Positions 51,310-64,000 of a stretch of 64,000 bases of DNA are shown here, in pieces. The position numbers and the translations under genes were made by a program. This DNA comes from Macrostomum lignano. Lineage: Eukaryota. Below the pieces are notes generated by a model. That model had not been told where the DNA came from. It saw nothing but the letters and a program-made list of their open reading frames with translations, and searched no databases. Numbering within the stretch: the first letter of the stretch is position 1; each line of letters starts with the position of its first letter. The stretch spans positions 56,945 to 120,944 of the forward strand of contig NIVC01002400.1 of NCBI GenBank assembly GCA_002269645.1, in the 5' to 3' direction.

Positions 51310-51855
51310 TTATAAAATCTCCTCTCAAATAAATCCCCATAAAAATCGCCGCTTTAATTAATCCCATAAAAATCCCCTCTCAAAGTAATCTCCATAAAAA
51401 ATCGCCTCTCAAATCAATCCCCAAAAAATGCCTCTCAAATGAATCCCATAAAAATCGCCCCTCAAATTAATCCCCATAAAAAATCGCCTCTCAAATTAAT
51501 CCCTATGAAAATCGCCCCTTAAATTAATCCCTATAAAAATCGCCCCTCAAATTAATCCCCATAAAAATCGCCCCTCAAATTAATCCCCATAAAAAATCGC
51601 CCCTCAAATTAATCCCCATAAAAATCGCCCTCAAATTAATCCCCATAAAAAATCGCCCCTCAAATTAATCCCCATAAAAAATCGCCCCTCAAATTAATCC
51701 CCATAAAAATCGCCCTCAAATTAATCCCCATAAAAAATCGCCCCTCAAATTAATCCCCATAAAAATCGCCCTCAAATTAATCCCCATAAAAAATCGCCCC
51801 TCAAATTAATCCCCATAAAAATCGCCCTCAAATTAATCCCTATGAAAATCGCCCC
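51310..51855. repeat. Intronic 24-26-bp minisatellite (aaaaatcgcccctcaaattaatccccat) abutting the NAP1 acceptor
   Basis: Tandem units ending about 20 nt before the AG at 51877-78. Confidence 0.93.
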
Positions 51856-51878
51856 CAACCATTGATGTCGCACCGCAG

Positions 51879-52125
51879 GCTGCCGGAGCCGGTGAAGCGC
51901 CGGGTTCGCGCCCTCAAGAAGTTGCAGTTCCGCTCGCTGGAAATTGAGTCCGAGTTCTACCGCGAGCTGCACGATTTGGAGATGCGCTACGCCGATCGAT
52001 TTGCCGAGCAGTTGAATCGGCGACAGCAAATTGTTCTGGGCAGCGTTGAGCCAACGGATGAGGAGGCTGACTGGCCGGAGACCACGGAGTCTGAGGTTGA
52101 ACTGGCAAATCTGCTGAGGGAGAAG
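51879..52125 (+). CDS. nap1: NAP1 nucleosome assembly protein exon
   Basis: LPEPVKRRVRALKKLQ...IESEFYRELHDLEMRY...RRQQIVLGSVEPTDEEADW matches the NAP family. Donor AAG|gtgagg. Confidence 0.93.
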
Positions 52126-52159
52126 GTGAGGGCGATTGTTTAGCTATCATATTCCCACT

Positions 52160-52705
52160 AAAAATCCCTATTAGAAATCCCCACTAGAAATCCCCACTAG
52201 AAATCCCCACTAGAAATCCCCACTAGAAATCCCCACTAGAAATCCCCACTAGAAATCCCCACTAGAAATCCCCACTAGAAATCCCCACTAGAAATCCCCA
52301 CTAGAAATCCCCACTAGAAATCCCCACTAGAAATCCTCACTGGAAATCCTCATTAGAGATCTTCACCAGAAATCCCCATTAGAAATCTCATTAGAAATCT
52401 CCATTAGAAATCCCAATTAAAAATCCCAACTAGAAATCTTAATTAAAAATCCCCAATTGGAAATCCCAATTAGAAATCCAAACTAGAAATTCCAATCAGA
52501 AATCCCAATTAGAAATCCCCACTTAAAATCCCAATTAGAAATCCCAATTGGAAATTTAATTAGAAATAAAAAATTATAAATCCCCACTTTAAATCCTATT
52601 TAGAAATCTGAATTTAAAATCCCAATTTGAAATCTCAATTAGAAATCGCAATTAGAAATCCCAATTTAAAATCTCAATTAGAAATCCCAATTAGAAATCC
52701 CAATC
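52160..52705. repeat. Intronic 14-bp minisatellite (tagaaatccccac) decaying into diverged units
   Basis: Tandem units fill the intron. Confidence 0.9.
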
Positions 52706-52747
52706 AGATATCCTAATTAGAGCCATTATCACCCCTTCCCTCGCCAG

Positions 52748-53240
52748 ACGGCTCTGACCAACGGAGCCGGAGGTCAGGCCGGTGACGCACCTCAGTCGCA
52801 GCAGCAGCCCGCAGGCCCAGGCGTGCCGGGGTTCTGGCTGACGGCGCTCAAGAACGTCGACCTGCTGAGCCAGATGATTCGCGATCAAGACGAGCCGATA
52901 CTGCGCCACCTGACCGACATCAAGGTGATCACGTTCAGCGGAGAGCAGAACGGTTTCGTATTGGAGTTTCATTTCTCGCCAAACGAATACTTCTCTAATA
53001 GTATGCTTACTAAGCATTATTATTTGAGAATGGTGCCGGATCCTGAGCACCCGTGGGACTATGAAGGCCCCGAAATTGTTCGCTGCAGCGGCTGCGAGAT
53101 CCTGTGGAAGGCTGGCAAAAATGCCACGGTTAAAGTGGTGCGCAAAGTGCAGAAGCACCGGGGCAGCGGGCAGAAGCGAACTGTCACGAAGACTGTTGAG
53201 GCTGATTCGTTCTTCAACTTCTTCAATCCGCCAACGCAGG
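52748..53240 (+). CDS. nap1: NAP1 exon (core NAP domain)
   Basis: GVPGFWLTALKN...DEPILRHLTDIKV...FVLEFHFSPNEYFSNSMLTKHY...GCEILWKAGKNATVK...SFFNFFNPP. Acceptor cctcgccag|, donor G|gtgagt. Confidence 0.95.
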
Positions 53241-53282
53241 GTGAGTGGCTTATTGGCTTGTTTTACTATTAGATTGTAGGTT

Positions 53283-54750
53283 TAATAGATTGACTTGTTG
53301 ATTTGATAGATTGACTTGTTGATTTCTGATAGATTGACTTGTTGATTTCTGATAGATTGACTTGTTGATTTCTGATCGATTGACTTGTTGATTTGATAGA
53401 TTGACTTGTTGATTTCTGATAGATTGACTTGTTGATTTCTAATGGATTGACTTGTTGATTTCTAATAGATTGACTTGTTGATTTGATAGATTGACTTGTT
53501 GATTTCTGATAGATTGACTTGTTGATTTCTGATAGATTGACTTGTTGATTTCTGATGGATTGACTTGTTGATTTCTAATAGATTGACTTGTTGATTTCTG
53601 ATAGATTGACTTGTTGATTTCTGATAGATTGACTTGTTGATTTCTGATAGATTGACTTGTTGATTTCTAATAGATTGACTTGTTGATTTCTGATAGATTG
53701 ACTTGTTGATTTGATAGATTGACTTGTTGATTTGATAGATTGACTTGTTGATTTCTGATAGATTGACTTGTTGATTTCTGATAGATTGACTTGTTGATTT
53801 CTGATAGATTGACTTGTTGATTTCTGATCGATTGACTTGTTGATTTGATAGATTGACTTGTTGATTTCTGATAGATTGACTTGTTGATTTCTAATGGATT
53901 GACTTGTTGATTTGATAGATTGACTTGTTGATTTCTGATAGATTGACTTGTTGATTTCTGATAGATTGACTTGTTGATTTCTGATAGATTGACTTGTTGA
54001 TTTGATAGATTTACTTTTTGATTTGATAGATTGACTTGTTGATTTCTAATAGATTGACTTGTTGATTTCTAATAGATTGACTTGTTGATTTCTAATAGAT
54101 TGACTTGTTGATTTCTGATAGATTGACTTGTTGATTTGATAGATTTACTTTTTGATTTGATAGATTGACTTGTTGATTTCTGATAGATTGACTTGTTGAT
54201 TTCTGGTAGATTGACTTGTTGATTTCTGATAGATTGACTTGTTGACTTCTAATAGGTTGACTTGTTGATTTCTGATAGATTGACTTGTTGATTTCTGATA
54301 GATTGACTTGTTGATTTGATAGATTGACTTGTTGATTTGATAGATTTACTTGTTGATTTGATAGATTGACTTGTTGATTTCTGATAGATTGACTTGTTGA
54401 TTTCTGATCGATTGACTTGTTGATTTCTGGTAGATTGACTTGTTGACTTCTAATAGGTTGACTTGTTGATTTCTGATAGATTGACTTGTTGACTTCTAAT
54501 AGGTTGACTTGTTGATTTCTGATAGATTGACTTGTTGATTTCTAATAGATTGACTTGTTGACTTCTAATAGATTGACTTGTTGATTTCTGATAGATTGAC
54601 TTGTTGATTTCTGATAGATTGACTTGTTGATTTCTGATAGATTGACTTGTTGATTTCTGATAGATTGACTTGTTGATTTCTGATAGATTGACTTGTTGAT
54701 TTCTGATAGATTGACTCGTTGATTTGATATATTGACTGGTTGATTTGATG
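53283..54750. repeat. Intronic 21/23-bp minisatellite (gatagattgacttgttgatttct)
   Basis: Tandem units. Confidence 0.96.
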
Positions 54751-55003
54751 GACTGACTTTAATGAGAAAGTTTGGGATGTAATTATCGTGATTTGCGAAA
54801 AAATTAAATTGTTGAGAGTAAAACTAGAAGTCAAATTCATATATTTCTACTCAAAATCGGTTGTTAGTAGCAATATAAGATTTTTGTATGCTATTTTTAT
54901 CCTGTCGCAATTATTGTCTCATGGGCATCGCGTGTTTGCAACTAAGATTTTGTAAATTAATTATTTTTGTTTTTTCTCACCTTATCCTGTTTGACTGTTT
55001 CAG

Positions 55004-55026
55004 CTATTGACGAGTTGGGATCAGAT
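55004..55026 (+). CDS. nap1: NAP1 23-nt micro-exon, (A)IDELGSD
   Basis: Long pyrimidine tract, ctgtttcag| acceptor, |gtaagt donor. Phase 1 in and phase 0 out link the flanking exons. Confidence 0.75.
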
Positions 55027-55869
55027 GTAAGTGCTTATCAGCTTGTTAATTTTGTTTTTGTTTAGTTTTTAGGGATTTCAGTCTGCTTTCTCGTCTTGAG
55101 TAACTAATTGGCGTGTAAGGTTTCCAAGTATATAAATACTGCCTAGTCTATGCTATGTGTTTCCAAGGCTAGTTGGAGCACTTCAAACATGATTCAGAGA
55201 CTCTATAGAGGTTCAGTAAAAGAGGCAAGCCTATTTCACTGAACAGAGTGGTCCCTGAACCGTTAAAACTGGGTTAGTTAATTATTAGTTAAGACACATG
55301 GACACACCTAAACAGCTTTGGGTCAATAGTCTTTCTCTGAGCAGTTTCTCTAGCAGGAAGTAATCTGAGTAGGCTAAGCAGGTAAATTTCAGTTTTCCAC
55401 CAAAGTATTGATGGACTCGCACATTTTTTTCGCGTCGAACTCTTGTCTAATAGGATGCACTCGGCCTCACTAATTCAATTTAACGCTCTCAGCCTCGTCG
55501 GCTCTTTCTTGTTGGACTGAGGCAAGGGGGGGGGGGCTAAGGGTGGCCTGAGCTGAGCTGCATTCTAATGCAATTAACGCGGTTCTTCCTTCCTTTCTCT
55601 CATCATCGAGGTCGGAAGGTACTGTGTGCGCTTGCTTGAGTGTTTTATATGCCCTGTTGCCTCTGCATGCTGCTGGGCTATATATTAGGCCGCAAGGACT
55701 TCTGGAAATTCACGCCTGGAATGGAAATTATTTGTGCGTGTTTCTCCTGTTTGTTATCGAAGACTTGATGATATCTGATATCGTGCTGTAGATTATATGG
55801 GTCCTAACCTTATCTAAGTGGACACACTTTAATGCTATCTTTTCACTCTCCTGTGTTGTTTACTGTGTA

Positions 55870-57190
55870 GTTCTATCTCCTCTGTCGTTCTCCTCTCTCC
55901 TCTGTGGTTCTCCTCTCTCTCCTCTGTGGTTCTCCTCTCCTGTGGTTCTCCTCTCCTGTGGTTCTCCTCTCCTGTGGTTCTCCTCTCCTGTGGTTCTCCT
56001 CTCCTGTGGTTCTCCTCTCTCCCCTGTGGTTCTCCTCTCTCCTCTGTGCTTCTCCTCTCTCTCCTCTGTGGTTCTCCTCTCCTGTGGTTCTCCTCTCCTG
56101 TGGTTCTCCTCTCTCCCCTGTGGTTCTCCTCTCTCCTCTGTGGTTCTCCTCTCTCCTCTGTGGTTCTCCTCTCTCCTCTGTGGTTCTCCTCTCTCCTCTG
56201 TGGTTCTCCTCTCTCCTCTGTGGTTCTCCTCTCTCCTCTGTGGTTCTCCTCTCTCCCCTGTGGTTCTCCTCTCTCCTCTGTGGTTCTCCTCTCTCTCCTC
56301 TGTGGTTCTCCTCTCTCCCCTGTGGTTCTCCTCTCTCCTCTGTGGTTCTCCTCTCTCTCCTCTGTGGTTCTCCTCTCCTGTGGTTCTCCTCTCCTGTGGT
56401 TCTCCTCTCCTGTGGTTCTCCTCTCTCCCCTGTGGTTCTCCTCTCTCCTCTGTGGTTCTCCTCTCTCCTCTGTGGTTCTCCTCTCTCTCCTCTGTGGTTC
56501 TCCTCCCCTGTGGTTCTCCTCTCTCCCCTGTGGTTCTCCTCTCTCTGTGGTTCTCCTCTCTCCCCTGTGGTTCTCCTCTCCTGTGGTTCTCCTCTCTCCC
56601 CTGTGGTTCTCCTCTCTCCTCTGTGGTTCTCCTCTCTCCTCTGTGGTTCTCCTCTCTCCTCTGTGGTTCTCCTCCCCTGTGGTTCTCCTCTCTCCCCTGT
56701 GGTTCTCCTCTCTCTGTGGTTCTCCTCTCTCCCCTGTGGTTCTCCTCTCCTGTGGTTCTCCTCTCTCCCCTGTGGTTCTCCTCTCTCCTCTGTGGTTCTC
56801 CTCTTTCCCTTGTGGTTCTCCTCTCTCCTCTGTGGTTCTCCTCTCTCCTCTGTGGTTCTCCTCTCTCCTCTGTGGTTCTCCTCTCCTGTGGTTCTCCTCT
56901 CTCCCCTGTGGTTCTCCTCTCTCCCCTGTGGTTCTCCTCTCTCCTCTGTGGTTCTCCTCTCTCCTCTGTGGTTCTCCTCTCTCTCCTCTGTGGTTCTCCT
57001 CTCTCCTCTGTGGTTCTCCTCTCTCCTCTGTGGTTCTCCTCTCTCCTCTGTGGTTCTCCTCTCTCTCCTCTGTGGTTCTCCTCTCTCCTCTGTGGTTCTC
57101 CTCTCTCCCCTGTGGTTCTCCTTTCCTGTGGTTCTCCTCTCTCCCCTGTGGTTCTCCTCTCCTGTGGTTCTCCTCTCTCTCCTCTTGGGT
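55870..57190. repeat. Intronic pyrimidine-rich minisatellite (ctctcctctgtggttctc)
   Basis: 17-23-bp variant tandem units. Confidence 0.95.
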
Positions 57191-58064
57191 CTCCTCTCTC
57201 TCCTGGTTCTCCTCTAACTCTACTGTTTGGTTCTCTATTCTCTCCTCGCTCTCCCTCTTTGTCTCTCCTCTCTTCCTCTCCTCTGTCCCCCTTCTGTTTT
57301 CTTACCTCCTCTCTCATATAAACAAACACTGATTCTACCTGATCGTGTTGATTCTTGTTTTATTTACTCTTTCATTTCTTGCTTCCCATCCTAGCCAGAT
57401 GTGTTGATGCTGTGCTCCCTGGCTGATTCTGTTTCTTATCTCGTTTGTTGGAGTGCCTCATTTTTGTGCCTCCGTCTCGCTCTTTCACGCGTACCCCCCT
57501 GAGGCCATGCCTGCACGCTACGAGTACCCTGCTAATATACTGGCTAGCGTGTAATAATCATATCTACGTATATAAGTCAGTTTTGTAGAGCTCCTATCCT
57601 TGTTTGGGTCCGCTGTGTCTCTCATTATGTCTGTCTCCCTTCTCGATAAATTTTCTTGATTGATAGATAGATAGATTGATTGATGTTGGCTATGATGATT
57701 GAATTTAAGTATAGTTGATATATTCTAATGACATATAGATAGATGTAGATAAATAAATTCAGTTTCTGCAGTTTTTTATCCTTTACCTATAGATTGTATA
57801 CAAAATTGATTGATTTCCTATGCGTAATAATGGGAGCTAGGAATATTTCCTGTCTAGATGTGCGAGTGCTAATGCAATCAAGGCCGGGACTTTGAATATA
57901 ATTAATCTCCTATAAGTTTGCACCGGCAGTTCTTGGATAGATAGATAGATAGATAAAATCAGATTAACTTTTTTTCCATTTCGATAATAAGACAGTGATA
58001 TGGGTTCTGATGTTTACTCTTTTTTTGTCATTAATCAGATTGTTAGAATTTCTAGCTGGTTTAA

Positions 58065-58805
58065 TATTCTAGATAGGGTCAGTCTGTTTGGTGTGTTAGA
58101 TAGGGTCAGTCTGTTTGAGGTGTTAGATAGGGTCAGTCTGTTTGGGGTGTTAGATAGGGTCAGTCTGTTTGAGATGTTAGATAGGGTCAGTCTGTTTGAG
58201 ATGTTAGATAGGGTCAGTCTGTTTGGGGTGTTAGATAGGGTCAGTCTGTTTGAGATGTTAGATAGGGTCAGTCTGTTTGAGATGTTAGATAGGGTCAGTC
58301 TGTTTGAGGTTTTAGATAGGGTCAGTCTGTTTGGGGTGTTAGATAGGGTCAGTCTGTTTGAGATGTTAGATAGGGTCAGTCTGTTTGAGATGTTAGATAG
58401 GGTCAGTCTGTTTGAGGTGTTAGATAGGGTCAGTCTGTTTGAGATGTTAGATAGGGTCAGTCTGTTTGAGATGTTAGATAGGGTCAGTCTGTTTGAGGTG
58501 TTAGATAGGGTCAGTCTGTTTGGGGTGTTAGATAGGGTCAGTCTGTTTGGTGTGTTAAATAGGCTCAGTATTTTTGGGGTGTTAAATAGAGTCAGTCTGT
58601 TTGGGGTATTAGAAAGTTTCAGTTTGTTCGGGGTGTTAGGGTCAGTCAGTTCGAGGTGTTAGATAGGGTCAGTCAGTTCGAGGTGTTAGATATGGTCAGT
58701 CAGTTCGGGGTGTTAGATAGGGTCAGTCTGTTTGGGGTGTTACATAGGGTCAGTCTGTTTGAGGTGTTAGATAGGGTCAGTCTGTTTGAGGTGTTAGATA
58801 GGGTC
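58065..58805. repeat. Intronic 27-bp minisatellite (gttagatagggtcagtctgtttgag[g/a]t)
   Basis: Tandem units. Confidence 0.95.
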
Positions 58806-58905
58806 ATTTGTCCTTAAACAACAGCTTCCATTTGGCAGTTCAGTGCTAATGTAATTCTAGGTTACATTATAAATTCATAAAGCTTTAACATTGTTTTTTT
58901 TGCAG

Positions 58906-58914
58906 AATCGTCAG
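58906..58914 (+). CDS. nap1: Candidate NAP1 9-nt micro-exon (NRQ)
   Basis: ttgttttttttgcag|AATCGTCAG|gtaaaa, phase 0/0. Confidence 0.5.
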
Positions 58915-59138
58915 GTAAAAACCCAGTTTTCCTAAGGGACATTGATATATGATTTTTATAATACTAGGTTAGGTTGGTTGCACTTTTCATTGGTACACAG
59001 TGAATGTCTTTTAAATTAGTGTGTGGTAGATAATGGTGCAGTATTTGTTTCATATTCAAGCTGCACTTTAGGTGACAGTTAAGCACTCATCAAGATTACA
59101 ATTTAAAATGCTCAATTATATACTCAATAAAATTACAG

Positions 59139-59255
59139 GACGAAGAGATAGAAGACCTGCTTCAATCTGACTTCGAAATCGGGCACTTTCTTCGCGAAAG
59201 AGTCATACCCCGTGCGGTCCTGTACTTCACTGGCGAAGGACTCGAAGATGAAGAC
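59139..59255 (+). CDS. nap1: NAP1 exon (end of the NAP domain)
   Basis: DEEIEDLLQSDFEIGHFLRERVIPRAVLYFTGEGLEDED. Acceptor aattacag|, donor |gtaagt. Confidence 0.93.
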
Positions 59256-59474
59256 GTAAGTGCTACAGATTTTTTTACTTAGAATTTAACTGATCCTTAG
59301 TAAATAGCTTTTTAGTTAAGAAGCTTAAGCAAATGGATTTAAATGCTCCAAAGAGTAACTTTTAGACGTAAAATTTTTTAATCTGAGTTTGAGTCCAGCT
59401 GGTAAATCTGCTAAGAATCCCAACCTTAAGCTGCTCTTAAAATCTATACGTATACTAGTCTACAAAACTTCCTA

Positions 59475-60395
59475 CAACACAGTATCCTACAGCACTTCTT
59501 ACAGTATCCTACTGCACTTCTTACAGTATCCTACTGCACTTCTTACAGTATCCTACAGCACTTCTTACAGTATCCTACAGCACTTCTTACAGTATCCTAC
59601 AGCACTTCTTACAGTATCCTACAGTACTTCTTACAGTATCCTACTGCACTTCTTACAGTATCCTACTGCACTTCTTACAGTATCCTACTGCACTTCTTAC
59701 AGTATCCTACTGCACTTCTTACAGTATCCTACAGTACTTCTTACAGTATCCTACAGCACTTCTTACAGTATCCTACAGTACTTCTTACAGTATCCTACAG
59801 CACTTCTTACAGTATCCTACTGCACTTCTTACAGTATCCTACAGTACTTCTTACAGTATCCTACAGCACTTCTTACAGTATCCTACAGTACTTCTCACAG
59901 TATCCTACAGCACTTCTTACAGTATCCTACAGCACTTCTTACAGTATCCTACAGTACTTCTTACAGTATCCTACAGCACTTCTTACAGTATCCTACAGCA
60001 CTTCTTACAGTATCCTACAGTACTTCTTACAGTATCCTACAGCACTTCTTACAGTATCCTACAGCACTTCTTACAGTATCCTACAGTACTTCTTACAGTA
60101 TCCTACAGTACTTCTTACAGTATCCTACAGCACTTCTTACAGTATCCTACAGTACTTCTTACAGTATCCTACAACACTTCTTACAGTATCCTAAAGTACT
60201 TCTTACAGTATCCTACAGTACTTCTTACAGTATCCTACAGCACTTCTTACAGTATCCTACAGCACTTCTTACAGTATCCTACAGCACTTCTTACAGTATC
60301 CTACAGCACTTCTTACAGTATCCTACAGCACTTCTTACAGTATCCTACAGCACTTCTTACAGTATCGTACAGTACTTATTACAGTATCCTAAAGG
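59475..60395. repeat. 22-bp minisatellite (cagtatcctacagcacttctta)
   Basis: Tandem units. Confidence 0.96.
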
Positions 60396-60479
60396 TGTGG
60401 AATCCCATAAGGCAATTTGGAATATAACTGTCAAATAGAGAAAAAATGTATAATTGTGTTTATTCAACACAGCCAATAT

Positions 60480-61122
60480 TGCAGTTTCTCAATACAAACT
60501 ACGCCAGCTTGTGAACTCTATCCCAAAACCAGCCAACCCTCTTCACCGACTCGCCCCATTCTGCAGCTAATTCTCCCCCGTGTCGTAAATTGTCCTCACG
60601 AGAATATCCTGCAGAATTGGCACTGATCTACCGTATTATACTGCCTCCTAGGTTTCTCCCTGTTTCCTTTTTACAACTCCCCAAATCCTCTCTACGTTGC
60701 CAAGTCTCAACATCCTCCGATTCCTCTTTTGCTATTCTGTGAAATATCCCAGGGTCTTTTCGACCCTCTCTGGCTCGGATTTCCCGCCCATCTGTCCTCC
60801 CATTTCTCGTTTAGCTCGTCCCCCCTTCCTGCCCGATATATACTGTATAATCCCCTCGGTTTCCCCTGCACCTACCTCACACCGTATTTTTATTCCACTC
60901 GCTCTCTTTTGGAGATTCCCATTAGCTCGGCCTCCTCCTGAACTTTCCAGCCAGTAACCGCCACCCCTTGCTGCCACCTCGACCCTCCTTCTCTCCCCTG
61001 TCCTCCCCTCTCCTCCTCTCTTCTCTTCTCTTTTTCCACCGCTTTCACTTAAATCAGCCTCGGCTCTTCCCAGTGTGGCCTATCCGACTGCTAAGTTGCC
61101 TCTCCTCTCGGCTAAGCCGAAT

Positions 61123-61157
<35 letters not shown>
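60480..61157 (+). mobile_element. Possible degraded LINE 3' end with an (ATT)n tail
   Basis: C-rich decayed coding-like sequence (..NPLHRL..) followed by about 10 ATT units at 61125-61155. Confidence 0.3.
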
Positions 61158-61316
61158 ATATCTGCGGCTTTCTGTTTGTGTGCTTTTTTTTAAAATAAAA
61201 ATATCAGACCATACAGCAAGAACGAAGCCCTGTTTCAAAGTCAACCAACTGTCAATCTGTAGCTAAGGATAACTAACTTGTTGATCAAAAAAGCTCAGCT
61301 TAATAAATAACGTAAA

Positions 61317-64000
<2,684 letters not shown>

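Overview
Eukaryotic (animal) genomic DNA, not prokaryotic. It has spliceosomal exon/intron genes with GC-rich exons in AT-rich, minisatellite-packed introns. This style suggests a flatworm such as Macrostomum, which is an inference and not proven. Genes supported by sequence: the 3' part of a Tubby-family gene (+, 367-5422); an orphan gene (-, ~7.6-9.1 kb); a 3-exon secreted protein with a probable GC-AG intron (+, 10121-11044); a single-exon two-TM protein with two PPxY motifs (+, 14106-14693); a candidate 3-exon neuropeptide/prohormone precursor (+, 17212-23332); a NAP1 nucleosome assembly protein gene with 23-nt and 9-nt micro-exons (+, 49349 to at least 59255); and an intronless kainate/AMPA-type glutamate receptor (+, 61317 to window end). 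The receptor's frameshifts are all explicable as short-run deletions and are probably assembly errors. Mobile DNA: a young non-LTR RT ORF without an endonuclease, split by a 3.85-kb Helitron/HINE-like insertion that carries minisatellites and a tRNA fragment; RTE and R1/LOA-like LINE fragments; two tRNA-headed SINEs with a MIR-like CORE domain; a Harbinger-like MITE; a Merlin/ISXO2-like deletion derivative; and a modular-TIR element. About 40% of the window is tandem repeat, including a 9.3-kb 18-mer array with a 2376-bp higher-order duplication. Most long ORFs in the supplied track are translations of these repeats. No CRISPR array, rRNA or intact tRNA was found.
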